A DNA stretch of 64,000 nt from Candidatus Krakonobacterium acarorum. GTDB taxonomy: Bacteria > Bacteroidota > Bacteroidia > SolTP2. Made by a program: the position numbers and the translations under genes. The DNA lies in assembly GCA_050311575.1 (NCBI GenBank), contig JBNOKO010000001.1, forward strand, positions 1,219,099 through 1,283,098, given 5' to 3'. Under the pieces are notes generated by a model. That model made no database searches. It saw only the letters and a list, made by a program, of their open reading frames with translations, and was not told the origin of the DNA. The stretch's first letter is position 1. Each line of letters starts with the position of its first letter. This document shows positions 22,515 through 32,843 of this stretch, in pieces.

Positions 22515-23297
22515 TTAAATTTTTTCTTTGTCTATTTGTAATATTACTGGACAATGGTCAGAATAATTTACTTCTGGCAGTATATATGAAGATACTAAGG
22601 CGCATTGTAAATTTTTAGAGGCTAATATATAATCTATCCTCCAACCTAAATTTTTTTCTTTAGATCTAGATCTAAAGCTCCACCAGGTGTAATTATCGTG
22701 ATCTTTGTTAAATAACCTAAATGCATCTATAAAGTTATAATTAAAGAAATCATCTAGCCATTTGCGCTCTTTTGGTAAAAATCCAGATGATTTTAGATGA
22801 CCTTTAGGATTATGAATATCTATTTCTGTATGGCAAATGTTAAAATCCCCAGCTATAATCAGATTTTTGGGGATTGTTGGTGTATTTACAACGTAATTGT
22901 AGAAGAAGTCGAGGAATTTATATTTGAATTCTTGGCGAAGTTCGCCACTACTTCCAGACGGCATATATACATTGATAATAGATAGTTTGTCTAAGTCTAA
23001 ACGCTGTATACGAGCTTCGTCGTCATAAATTGCATTGTCACAACCAGTTATAATAGTGCCATTTATATTTTTAGTTAATATTGCTAGGCCACTATATCCT
23101 TTTTTTTTTGCCGGATACCAATATTGGTTTTTATAGCCTATTGTTTTTAATTTATCTATTTCTTCGTGAATGTCAGTACTAGCAGCTCTGGTTTCTTGAA
23201 GCAATAATATATCGATATTAGATTGCTGAAGCCAATCTATGAAGCCCTTTTTTACTGCTGATCTTATACCATTAATATTGTAGCTTCCTATTAACAC
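22515..23297 (-). CDS. xth: Exodeoxyribonuclease III
   Basis: YNINGIR, LQET, GYSG, GDFN, YTWW, GWRIDY, SDHCP. Confidence 0.95.
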   Translation of the reverse strand: MLIGSYNINGIRSAVKKGFIDWLQQSNIDILLLQETRAASTDIHEEIDKLKTIGYKNQYWYPAKKKGYSGLAILTKNINGTIITGCDNAIYDDEARIQRLDLDKLSIINVYMPSGSSGELRQEFKYKFLDFFYNYVVNTPTIPKNLIIAGDFNICHTEIDIHNPKGHLKSSGFLPKERKWLDDFFNYNFIDAFRLFNKDHDNYTWWSFRSRSKEKNLGWRIDYILASKNLQCALVSSYILPEVNYSDHCPVILQIDKEKI

Positions 23298-23301
23298 TTA
23301 T

Positions 23302-23640
23302 TTAAATAAAATTAAATATTTTGCTAAAATATGTTAATATAAGATTTTTAAGCAAAAGTGTTTGCTCTTGGACATTGTATGGAGGTAGATCCTTTATATT
23401 TTCAAAATGAGGCCAACCATCCTCATCCATATGTGTAATCTTGTAATAGCCTTCAGTACTTAGCAATGTGCATAAAGCCACATGCATCACGTCAAGTTTC
23501 ATATTTTTATTAAATTTAATATCAAACTTTTGTAATTCTTGAAGGCCAATTAAAAACAATATGGATTCAATCTGAGGACTATCTACGTCAAATTGCTCTG
23601 AAATATGCTTACAGAGCCTAGACCATTTTACTTCAATCAA
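23302..23640 (-). CDS. Hypothetical protein resembling a small conserved Bacteroidota family
   Basis: ILFLIGLQEL..KLDVMHVALCTLL..GYY..DEDGWPH; operonic between gldN and xth. Confidence 0.75.
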   Translation of the reverse strand: MIEVKWSRLCKHISEQFDVDSPQIESILFLIGLQELQKFDIKFNKNMKLDVMHVALCTLLSTEGYYKITHMDEDGWPHFENIKDLPPYNVQEQTLLLKNLILTYFSKIFNFI

Positions 23641-23685
23641 TATGTTTAAAAGATAAATTTTTTATATTGGGATTAGCACAATTAA

Positions 23686-24738
23686 TTACCAAGACCACAT
23701 ATCTTGTTCTTTATCCAATAGCCCTTCGCTTATACGATCGCTTTCTTTAAGAGCCTTTACATTTTGGCCGCCTGTTTTATCAACTATACGTAAGTTTTCC
23801 GGATTAGATTCTTTAACTATATAGCTAGAAAATAATCTCTTAACAAATAAGCCATCGTAGGTTATGTTAGCTACGTCATTATGCTTGTTAGGAACTTTGG
23901 AATTAGCAAATACTTTACGTGCCTGTTTAAAGGAAATCCAGAATAAAGGTAGGGAGCCATCGAGAGTCTCTCCTGCTTGTGTTACTATATCTTTTAGCAA
24001 TGCTATAGCAAGTATTCTAGGTTCCATTAAAGAGCGTTTAGTATCAATAATCCAATCTTCTTCTAACCTTATTTTTTTTACACTATTTGGATCAAATTTA
24101 TTAACTACTACTGTATCTACTAAATAATCGGGCCTATTAGGGTCTGGAGCATATTGTATTTTCTCTGGGGTACCACCAAGCAATTTTTTTACGTCTTCTA
24201 TGCTTAGTTTTTTCTTAAATACATCGTCACTACCATCGTCAGGATTCGCATATGCTGTGAGTTCTCCATTTAATACGGCGTTTATTATAACTTGCGCTAT
24301 GCCCTGCTTAGGGCTACCCATAGCCTTATTCATTTTTTCAGTAAATGGAACCTCCCTCCATATTCTTTTAGAATACATTACATCTGCTTGACGAATTTTA
24401 GGGTATTTCATTATCTTGATATTAACTGCATTCTCATCTTTAAATACAGCGTTTAACGGCACTCCGTCTTCATCTACAGGATCAGCGTCTCCTTTTTTGG
24501 CATCACCTTGATTATCTTTATTAGCATCTGATGAAGCTATATTTTTATCTTTGTCTGAATTAGTGACATTAGCACTATCAACAGGAGGCCTAGGAGTTGC
24601 ATTATCGCCTGGTGTGATAACAGCAGCGCCCGCATCACTCGGCGTACCTGGAGCAGCAACCTGATTTGCATTCTCCTGAGCTTGTATATGCGAAAAAGAT
24701 ACTATACAAAAAGCTATTAGTGTTATATAGTTTTTCAT
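23686..24738 (-). CDS. gldN: Gliding motility / T9SS protein GldN (PorN)
   Basis: IRQADVMYSKRIWR, EDWIID, PLFWI, RLFSSYIVKE, EQDMW; fourth gene of the gldKLMN operon. Confidence 0.92.
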   Translation of the reverse strand: MKNYITLIAFCIVSFSHIQAQENANQVAAPGTPSDAGAAVITPGDNATPRPPVDSANVTNSDKDKNIASSDANKDNQGDAKKGDADPVDEDGVPLNAVFKDENAVNIKIMKYPKIRQADVMYSKRIWREVPFTEKMNKAMGSPKQGIAQVIINAVLNGELTAYANPDDGSDDVFKKKLSIEDVKKLLGGTPEKIQYAPDPNRPDYLVDTVVVNKFDPNSVKKIRLEEDWIIDTKRSLMEPRILAIALLKDIVTQAGETLDGSLPLFWISFKQARKVFANSKVPNKHNDVANITYDGLFVKRLFSSYIVKESNPENLRIVDKTGGQNVKALKESDRISEGLLDKEQDMWSW

Positions 24739-24812
24739 TTACTTATAATAAATATTTTTAAAACTTAAATTTAATATAAATTATTTTAAATTCTATAAGC
24801 AAATTTAAGCTT

Positions 24813-26351
24813 TTATTGAATTGATACTGATATACCACTAGGTAGTTTTCTAGTAACTCCGTCAGGGCCTCTGGCTTTTATATCTTCTATGATTATTCTA
24901 TCGCCAGGAGCTAGATTAGCTAAAGCGCTTTTCATTTCTGGAGTTAAAGAACTACTAGCTGATACGCCTGCAAACGGATCTCGGCCTTTGCGTGTTATAT
25001 ACATATTAAATCCGGTAATTGCGAATTTAACATTTTCAAATTCAAAATTTTCAAGTACAGCAAAAACGCCTTGTTGCACTCTGGCTATTGAACCTCTTAT
25101 TTTACCTGAACTGACACCAGCAAATTTAGCAATAGGTGGCGGCACTAATTTAACTCTAAATTTCATAGATCCTAATGTTTGTAAAACACCTGAATCGTTT
25201 CTGGTAGATACTTTTATTACTGCATCACCCTGTCTTGATACTTTAGCAATGTATTTACCTTTTTGGCCTATTATTGAACCTTGAGAAATGCTGGCAACTA
25301 TTTTATCAGGCGGTAGTCCTGCAGCTGAAATCGCAATAGGGTTATCAACACCAACATATAATACATTCATAGCTGTTGGAGATATTACAGCACTTGAAGC
25401 TGCTACCTGATAAGAACCTTGAAAAGGATATTCTGTTTGGCTGCCTTTGTTTCCCTCAACTGTTATTTTACCATTCCAATTAATTAAACCTTGCTGATTA
25501 GGCGTAACTTTATAAGTCGCTTTGCCATCTTTTACTGGTATTTCTTTGCCCCCCACGTAAACTTTCATCGGCATAGTAGAGCTGTAAGCTGTTAAATATA
25601 TATCCGCTTGATATTCAGTTCCTAACGTTACATATGAGGATTTTGAAACAATATTAGGCGATAATTTATCAAATTTAAAATCAGTGGATCCTATTGCCGA
25701 CAACTGGTAGTGTGCAAGCGCTAATTGAGAATTTTTAGCATCTGCCTGGAGCTGAGTTAATAATGTAACTGCGGCTGTAACCGGAACGCTCTCAAATCTC
25801 CTAACTTCCCATGGATCTTCATGGTTACCATCTTTTATTTCTTGTAATGGCAATCCTATTTGATTAACATCGTTTGGGTCGACTAAAGATAATAACTCTG
25901 ATCTAAGATTATTTAATTTAACTTTAATTTCGGCTCCCCTGGTTTTACCTGTCTTATCTGGCTCCAATAATATACGCGATGGCGAATCGGTATCATCTCT
26001 ATCTTTTATATCTTTGGTGTCTTCGTCATACCCATGAGCTGCATCTATGAGCTCTTTTTTTATGCCTTCTATATAATTATTAAAGCTGTCAACTTTGCTA
26101 ATAGCAGTTTTAGCTTTATCATAATATGGCTGAGTTTTTACTGGATCTTTTGCCATACTAGCTTCAAAGGATTGCATTACTGTTTGTAATGTAGTATGAG
26201 TATTTTTCATTGTACTTTCTAATGAAGTCCTCACCGTTTTAAAGGCATTAAGAACTTCACTACTAACATTTAGAGCTAGTAATGCTATTAACACGATATA
26301 CATCATGTTAATCATCCGCTGCCTAGGAGTTTCATGTCCACCGCCTGCCAT
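24813..26351 (-). CDS. gldM: Gliding motility / T9SS motor protein GldM (PorM)
   Basis: ETPRQRMINMMYIVLIALLALNVSSEVL; MNVLYVGVDNPI. Confidence 0.96.
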   Translation of the reverse strand: MAGGGHETPRQRMINMMYIVLIALLALNVSSEVLNAFKTVRTSLESTMKNTHTTLQTVMQSFEASMAKDPVKTQPYYDKAKTAISKVDSFNNYIEGIKKELIDAAHGYDEDTKDIKDRDDTDSPSRILLEPDKTGKTRGAEIKVKLNNLRSELLSLVDPNDVNQIGLPLQEIKDGNHEDPWEVRRFESVPVTAAVTLLTQLQADAKNSQLALAHYQLSAIGSTDFKFDKLSPNIVSKSSYVTLGTEYQADIYLTAYSSTMPMKVYVGGKEIPVKDGKATYKVTPNQQGLINWNGKITVEGNKGSQTEYPFQGSYQVAASSAVISPTAMNVLYVGVDNPIAISAAGLPPDKIVASISQGSIIGQKGKYIAKVSRQGDAVIKVSTRNDSGVLQTLGSMKFRVKLVPPPIAKFAGVSSGKIRGSIARVQQGVFAVLENFEFENVKFAITGFNMYITRKGRDPFAGVSASSSLTPEMKSALANLAPGDRIIIEDIKARGPDGVTRKLPSGISVSIQ

Positions 26352-26405
26352 ATCTTATATAGAATTAATTAATAACTAGTGTTTAATTGATATTATTATT
26401 GGTTT

Positions 26406-27197
26406 TTAGCTATTTCGATTATCATTAATAGCAGATAACATTCTACCGTATACCGCGTTTAACGCACTTAAATTACGATTAAATCTGTTTACTTCTTCCC
26501 CCATTTCACGCATTGGTTCAACTGATGCTGATACATTAACCATTATTTGGTCCATGTCGGTGTAAAACTTATTGATAGACTTAAGGTATGCTTCTGATCC
26601 ATGTAATTCTTGTTCGTAAACTAAATTTAGCGAGCTAACATTTTTAATCAACCTACTAATTTCGTCTTTGTATTCTGTTGCTCCTGATCCAAATTCTGAT
26701 ATTGAAATCAGGTTGTTTGAAGCCATTTTATATGCTTCACCTAACTCGGATACGTTGTAGGTCGCAGAACTAAGCGCTTGATTGAAATCTCTTGCTGACT
26801 GCGACATATCTGCCATCTGAGATATATTAGCAACTTTCGATCCAAAATTTTTTAAACCTTCACCTAGTTGTGCTATTGTTTCAGGCTCTATATTTCCGCC
26901 AGACATTATCAATTGATCCATAATACCAGATCCGCCGCCAGCTGAGGGCCTGGATACTGCATTCTCATCTCGCTTATCCGGGTCTAACAGTTCCGGATAT
27001 ACAATGCTCCAATCCGGCTCCTCTGCTTGTTTTTGAAAAGCCATTAAAATGAATATTATTGCTTCAAAAGTCATCCCTACTATTAGTAATTCTTTTGCAC
27101 CTGGTAAGTGCAAAATCTTAAACAAGGCGCCTATAATTACCGGTGCTGCAAAAATAGACGAGAGAAAGTTAAGATTAAATTTTACTTTCTTATTCAT
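26406..27197 (-). CDS. gldL: Gliding motility / T9SS motor protein GldL (PorL)
   Basis: IGALFKILH..EAIIF..DWSIVYPEL; C-terminal NLSALNAVYGRML. Confidence 0.96.
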   Translation of the reverse strand: MNKKVKFNLNFLSSIFAAPVIIGALFKILHLPGAKELLIVGMTFEAIIFILMAFQKQAEEPDWSIVYPELLDPDKRDENAVSRPSAGGGSGIMDQLIMSGGNIEPETIAQLGEGLKNFGSKVANISQMADMSQSARDFNQALSSATYNVSELGEAYKMASNNLISISEFGSGATEYKDEISRLIKNVSSLNLVYEQELHGSEAYLKSINKFYTDMDQIMVNVSASVEPMREMGEEVNRFNRNLSALNAVYGRMLSAINDNRNS

Positions 27198-27280
27198 AAA
27201 TAAAAGGAATTATTAGTTTAATATATTGAATTATACTTTAATTTGTTACTTAAAGTGTATACGATTTGGTTTATTGTTTG

Positions 27281-28594
27281 TTACTTAGGACCTCTACCAA
27301 TTATAGGTAAAACACACCTAAATCCTATGTATGCTTTGGGATTGTCAATATATTCGTAAGCTCTAACACCATTTTGAAGAAAGTAACCAATGTCTTTCCA
27401 AGAGCCACCTCTTATAACTTTTCTTTTATTAGCAAGCGGCACGTTATCACCTTCTATTTCCGTAGTATATGTTGGGTTTAAATCGTTAACCATTACATAA
27501 GCACTTTCATCAAATGTCGACGAAGTCCACTCAGAAACGTTACCAGCCATATTAAATAAGCCATAATCATTAGGAAAGTACGATTTAACATGTACAGTAT
27601 AAAGTCCGCCATCGCTAGCGTAGTCGCCCCGCCCAGGTTTAAAGTTAGCTAATAAACACCCTTTGCTGTTCCTTAAATAAGGACCACCCCAAGGGTATGG
27701 AGAGCTATTTAGCCCACCTCTAGCCGCATACTCCCATTGTGATTCTGTAGGTAAAGAAAAAGCACCCCTGGTTCTTACAGGATCAGCTGTTTCAGCTCTG
27801 TAGTCATCGTTTATTTTAGTTCTCCAGTGAGCAAATGCTCTGGCTTGGCGCCATGTTACACCTACAACCGGATACTCGTCATAAGCTGGATGAGTAAAAT
27901 ATTGCTCTACCATAGGTTCATTTTGAGCATATGAGAAATCTGCTAACCAAACTAACGTATCCGGATATATCTCTACCTCGTCGCGTCTAATAAAATTGGA
28001 TCTGGGAACCTTCTGACCTATATTATCTACAGCCTTTTGGTAATCGAACCACTCCATTTTGTATACAAGCTTAGAAGGGTCAACCTCTGTTTTACCAAAT
28101 AATTTATCGTCACCCTTATAGTATAAAGATTCTGCTTTTTGTATATCAGGACTGGGTTTTTTATCTTCACGCCAGGATTCTGCGTCGAATAAATCACTAA
28201 AGCTGCGTTCTCTGTTTACTTTTTCTACCCCACTTTTAGTTTTTTTCATGTACTTACCACCTATAATCTTAGCAGCCAGACCGTCTTGTACCCAATAAAC
28301 AAATTGTCTGTATTCGTTATTAGTTATTTCAGTTTGATCCATGTAAAAACCGCTAATACTTACATGTTTTTGCCGTGCTACTTGTGAATATGTTATATCT
28401 TCGTCGCTTTGACCTAACATAAATGACCCGGCAGGTATATATACCATGCCATATGGGATTTTTAATCTATCATTAAACTTTCTACCTTGGACACCTATAA
28501 GTTCACCATTGCTTGGTACTTTCGTACAAGATGAAACCATCGCTATAGCTACAATTAAGCTTAATATTTTAGAGTTTTTGTGTAGATATTTCAT
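27281..28594 (-). CDS. gldK: Gliding motility / T9SS lipoprotein GldK (PorK), FGE-sulfatase-like domain
   Basis: Lipobox VSSC; GELIG, YPDTLVW, YPVVGVTW, LPTESQWEYAARGG, RGGSW. Confidence 0.95.
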   Translation of the reverse strand: MKYLHKNSKILSLIVAIAMVSSCTKVPSNGELIGVQGRKFNDRLKIPYGMVYIPAGSFMLGQSDEDITYSQVARQKHVSISGFYMDQTEITNNEYRQFVYWVQDGLAAKIIGGKYMKKTKSGVEKVNRERSFSDLFDAESWREDKKPSPDIQKAESLYYKGDDKLFGKTEVDPSKLVYKMEWFDYQKAVDNIGQKVPRSNFIRRDEVEIYPDTLVWLADFSYAQNEPMVEQYFTHPAYDEYPVVGVTWRQARAFAHWRTKINDDYRAETADPVRTRGAFSLPTESQWEYAARGGLNSSPYPWGGPYLRNSKGCLLANFKPGRGDYASDGGLYTVHVKSYFPNDYGLFNMAGNVSEWTSSTFDESAYVMVNDLNPTYTTEIEGDNVPLANKRKVIRGGSWKDIGYFLQNGVRAYEYIDNPKAYIGFRCVLPIIGRGPK

Positions 28595-28835
28595 TCTTAT
28601 TAATTAAGGAAAGTTTTTGCGCCTATTTAATATTTTATCTAAACTATATTATTTTAACTATTCGTATTGTTTTGAGCAAAAAGCGTACCATTTAGTAAAA
28701 GGCCATTATGGTTTTTGCTTTTATAAAAAGTAAATATAATATTTAAAAATAAACTATTTATGAATTTTTATAAGTTTAAAACAAACTCATGAAAAAAAAT
28801 AATTAACAATTTAATAAATATTATTTTAATAATAT

Positions 28836-29594
28836 TTATTTATTCTCCTGCCTTAAATATTCTTCTATAGCTTTTGCCATAGAAGGTGTCTTAATAGTTG
28901 GTACTTTTATGTCTAAAACTAAGCCAGCTTCTGTTACTGCTTCGTGCGTAGCTTTACCAAAAGCTGCAATTTTTGTACTTTGTTGACTAAAGTTAGGAAA
29001 GTTTTTTAATAAAGATCGTACCCCGTAAGGGCTAAATAATACTACTAAATCGTATTGCTTTTCTCCTATACTAGGTATATCGCTGCATACTATTCTATAT
29101 ATTATAGCTTCGTCTACACTAAACCCTGCATTTCTGATATCAACAATTGTTGTTTCTTTATGAAAGTCTGAACATGGGAATAAAAACTTTTCATTTTTAT
29201 ATTTTGATAGTATGCTTTTCAAATTGTCTGTTTCCTTTTTAGGGAAAAAAACTTTTCTCTTGCGGTAGTTAATATACTTTTGTAGATACAGTGCAATTAT
29301 TCCTGAAGCGCAGAAATACTTGCTATCGTCTGATAATTCATACCTTAGCTCTTCACACAATCTAAAATAGTGATCTATAGCTATTTTACTAGTGAATATT
29401 ATAGCAGTGTATTCTGCAAGGTTCTTTTTTTCTTTTCTAAATTCTTTACCTGAGACATTTTCAATATGTACTAGAGATTCAAAATCTATATTCAAATCAT
29501 ACTTTTTAGATAATTCTGAATATTGATTGGTAGAATTTTCAAGTTTGGGTTGGGTTATTAGTATGTTTTTTACCTTAGTTTTAGTATTATCCAT
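28836..29594 (-). CDS. hemD: Uroporphyrinogen-III synthase family protein
   Basis: ILITQP, IIFTSK, YLQKYI.YRKRK, FSPYG, PSMAKAIE; usual Bacteroidota neighbour of gldK and DUF4271. Confidence 0.88.
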   Translation of the reverse strand: MDNTKTKVKNILITQPKLENSTNQYSELSKKYDLNIDFESLVHIENVSGKEFRKEKKNLAEYTAIIFTSKIAIDHYFRLCEELRYELSDDSKYFCASGIIALYLQKYINYRKRKVFFPKKETDNLKSILSKYKNEKFLFPCSDFHKETTIVDIRNAGFSVDEAIIYRIVCSDIPSIGEKQYDLVVLFSPYGVRSLLKNFPNFSQQSTKIAAFGKATHEAVTEAGLVLDIKVPTIKTPSMAKAIEEYLRQENK

Positions 29595-29620
29595 ATGAGT
29601 TTAGCGTAATAAATCAATAA

Positions 29621-31129
29621 CTAGGCCGTTGTAATAGCATAAAATTCAATTGTTTTGTAAATTAAAATGATAGGTACCATCTCAAAGATACAAATGTAAA
29701 TCAACAAATCTATTATAGTAACTTTTGTTTTTAACATAGTATATATCACAATTACAATGTATAACAATAATATACTGATAACAGCCAATATTGTAAAACT
29801 TGTACTTATGAAGGTGTATAAAAAATTTGCGCTTAATACTTGCAAACATAGTATAGGCAATAAAATTAATATACTTAGCATATAGGAGTTTAGAGTTATA
29901 CAAAAATACATATCAAATTTTTCTGCCGATTCGAAAAAAACTGTTATTGTCTTTTGGCACAGCAATCTAAAAATTAAAAATAACATTATGAGCGCGCTTA
30001 TATATAACCACTGCATTATTAGGTTATTGTTAATACTGCCGCCATAGGCATTAAGAATAGTATTATTGATTAAAAAACCATAAATGAGGCTTAAGACTAT
30101 ACTAAATATTGCATATATGTATATGTTATTTTGCATTAAGCATACCTGCTTTGTTCCTAACAGGTAATGTTTTTTGATTGTATTATATATATAGGATAAC
30201 TGAGCCGGAAAGAGCATTTTTGATAATACTATAGCCATAAATATTATTGATATACCTATAACTTGCCATGGCGATTTATTAACGCGCTTTGTCCCTTCAT
30301 CCTTTTTTATGTCTTTAGCAAACCTTTGATCTGTAATGTTTAGTTTAGCAAACGAAGTAATGTTGCAATATGCGGCTAAATAACTACCAGACCTTGCTTT
30401 ACATTCCAGCAATGGATTTTTAAAACTTCTTATCTCATTGCCAAAATAGCAATTAATAGACAAAGCGGAGTCTATGATATTTAATTTATTTGCCTCTTGG
30501 TCTTTAGGCGCAACAACAGTTTTATTGGTCGAATTACCAGTTATTGGAGGATTATCATTATGGATCGTTGATGGATCGTTGTTATCTGTAGAACTATCTG
30601 ATAAAGGAGTGAAATAATCTCCATCTTCATAGGGTTTGTCTGAAACGCTTGGAGATTCTGTACGATTGTTATCTGGTTGCCGTTTTACTTCCCTGTCTCT
30701 AAGCTTACGCTCTTCTTTTGACTTTTCTAATTTATCTTGTTCGTTTTCAGCATCAGAAACCCTATCAGTTTCCCTAACTTTAGGACGTTCTTGATTTACA
30801 CCTTCTACAGGTTGTGAAATAGATTCTTGTCTATTATCAATTGGTTGGGTTTGCTGATTATTTACAGATGGTTCTTTTGGATCTTTATTCTCAGGAGTGT
30901 TGCTATCTTGATGCGGAACTTTATACAATTGTATGCCGTCAATAGCTTTTAGTTCAACATCATCTAAAGTTTTGTCTATAGAATCGTCAACAGCCGGATC
31001 AGCATCTATATTATTTATAGAATTTTCTAGATTATTCTCTATATCTTGCCCATTAACTTTGGTGAATATTGAGAAAAACAATATAGTTCCTAATATTAAA
31101 TATGTGTACTTAAATTTAATAGCGACCAA
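29621..31129 (-). CDS. DUF4271-like membrane protein with a long low-complexity N-terminal extension
   Basis: C-terminal multi-TM region ending YICIFEMVP; synteny with hemD; start codon is non-ATG and uncertain. Confidence 0.7.
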   Translation of the reverse strand: MVAIKFKYTYLILGTILFFSIFTKVNGQDIENNLENSINNIDADPAVDDSIDKTLDDVELKAIDGIQLYKVPHQDSNTPENKDPKEPSVNNQQTQPIDNRQESISQPVEGVNQERPKVRETDRVSDAENEQDKLEKSKEERKLRDREVKRQPDNNRTESPSVSDKPYEDGDYFTPLSDSSTDNNDPSTIHNDNPPITGNSTNKTVVAPKDQEANKLNIIDSALSINCYFGNEIRSFKNPLLECKARSGSYLAAYCNITSFAKLNITDQRFAKDIKKDEGTKRVNKSPWQVIGISIIFMAIVLSKMLFPAQLSYIYNTIKKHYLLGTKQVCLMQNNIYIYAIFSIVLSLIYGFLINNTILNAYGGSINNNLIMQWLYISALIMLFLIFRLLCQKTITVFFESAEKFDMYFCITLNSYMLSILILLPILCLQVLSANFLYTFISTSFTILAVISILLLYIVIVIYTMLKTKVTIIDLLIYICIFEMVPIILIYKTIEFYAITTA

Positions 31130-31191
31130 GGTTTAATTTTATAATTTTTGTAGTACTCTTATAATTACCAAAGATAGTAAATAGTATTTAT

Positions 31192-32343
31192 ATGCTTTCT
31201 TATAATCACAAAAATGAGGCCAGCCTATATATTCATATTCCATTTTGTAAGTCAGCCTGCTCTTATTGCAATTTTAATTTTAGTACAATGTTGCAATACA
31301 AACACCAGGTTGTAAATTCTATAGTCAAAGAAATAATTCAAAAAGCATATCTTTTAACAAATAGTTATGTTAAGACTATATATTTAGGTGGTGGAACACC
31401 CTCAATACTAAACGACAATGAAATACATCTAATATTAAATGCTTTATTTAAAAACTATAATATAAATGCTAATGCAGAAATCACATTAGAAGCAAATCCG
31501 GAGAATTTAACTATTGAAAAGTTACGATTTATTAAAAGTTTATCTATAAACAGATTGTCTGTAGGAATACAATCATTTTATGATGAAGACTTGAAGTTTA
31601 TGAACAGATGTCATAGTAGTAACGATGCTATAAAATCTGTAACAAATGCTAAAAAAATAGGCATAGATAATGTAAGTATAGACTTAATTTATGGCTATTT
31701 ATTGCTTAGTTCGCAAAAATTAAAATCTAACATATTGCTTGCTCAAGATTTGGATGTAAACCATATTTCTACCTATGCTTTAACTATTGAAAATAAAACC
31801 CTATTTGCATACCGCACCAATAGGAATAGTGAAAAAATAGTTTCAGACGAAACTTTTTCTAAACATTTTGATATTATGCAATATTATTTAAGCAATAAAT
31901 TTATACAGTATGAGATATCTAATTGGGCTAAAGATCCTGAGTTTATTTCTAAGCATAATTGTTCGTATTGGTCTTTAAACGATTATATAGGAATCGGACC
32001 GTCAGCACATTCTTTTATAAATAATACTCGTAGCTGGAACGAAGCAAATAATCATAATTATATGAACTTAGTAAACAATAATTTGTCTCCGACGGCAGGC
32101 AGTGAAGTTTTAAGCCATAAAGATTCCATGAATGAATATATTATGCTAGCTCTGCGTACTAAATGGGGAATCGATTATGATTATTTTGAAGATCGTTTTG
32201 GATTAAGTACTTTAATTAAATTAAAAAATGAATCTAATATTTTTAAAAGACAGGGGTTAATGTATGAAGAAAATAATTGTATAAAACTCACCAAAAGTGG
32301 TTTAAAAATTTCAAATAGTATTATTTCTGCATTATTTACTTAA
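31192..32343 (+). CDS. hemW: Radical SAM heme chaperone HemW
   Basis: LYIHIPFCKSACSYCNF, GGGTPS, EITLEANP, YEISN, HN..YW, GIGPSAHS. Confidence 0.92.
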   Translation: MLSYNHKNEASLYIHIPFCKSACSYCNFNFSTMLQYKHQVVNSIVKEIIQKAYLLTNSYVKTIYLGGGTPSILNDNEIHLILNALFKNYNINANAEITLEANPENLTIEKLRFIKSLSINRLSVGIQSFYDEDLKFMNRCHSSNDAIKSVTNAKKIGIDNVSIDLIYGYLLLSSQKLKSNILLAQDLDVNHISTYALTIENKTLFAYRTNRNSEKIVSDETFSKHFDIMQYYLSNKFIQYEISNWAKDPEFISKHNCSYWSLNDYIGIGPSAHSFINNTRSWNEANNHNYMNLVNNNLSPTAGSEVLSHKDSMNEYIMLALRTKWGIDYDYFEDRFGLSTLIKLKNESNIFKRQGLMYEENNCIKLTKSGLKISNSIISALFT

Positions 32344-32707
32344 GCATTTTTTGTATACTTACGCTATTATCATGTATTAAGTTAAATAATTTTCCTACGA
32401 AATCTTCGTCTAAACCTATAGATGAACCCAATTTTTGCCTACGTTTTATAAGTTCTTTGTACCTATCCGGCTGATATATAGGAAGGCTGTTTAGTTTTTT
32501 ATATTCCCCGACTTTTTTAACTACCTCTACACGTTCAGCAAGTATTTTTAACAGGCTTGTATCGAGTCTATCTATTTGATCTCTAAATTTTAACAGCTCC
32601 GGGTCGGTACTTAGCTTTAGATCCAAATAACTAATTTTTAAATTGTAATGATTATAGTTGTTTAAGTCAGTTGCAAGTAAAGTGTGCCCTGTAAATATTC
32701 CACTCAA
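32336..32707 (-). CDS. Chorismate mutase (AroQ type); start uncertain
   Basis: LLKFRDQIDRLD..LAERVEVVKKVGEYKK..PIYQPDR..IHDNS. Confidence 0.8.
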   Translation of the reverse strand: MSGIFTGHTLLATDLNNYNHYNLKISYLDLKLSTDPELLKFRDQIDRLDTSLLKILAERVEVVKKVGEYKKLNSLPIYQPDRYKELIKRRQKLGSSIGLDEDFVGKLFNLIHDNSVSIQKMLK

Positions 32708-32843
32708 TATTAAACTATATAATATATTTTTTTGCTAGCATAATACAGAAACACAATTTTATAAATAATTAACCTGCTTTATTAATAATTAGATTATAAA
32801 GATAGATATTTATAAGTTTACCGCTCTTGAAACTAGTATCATT

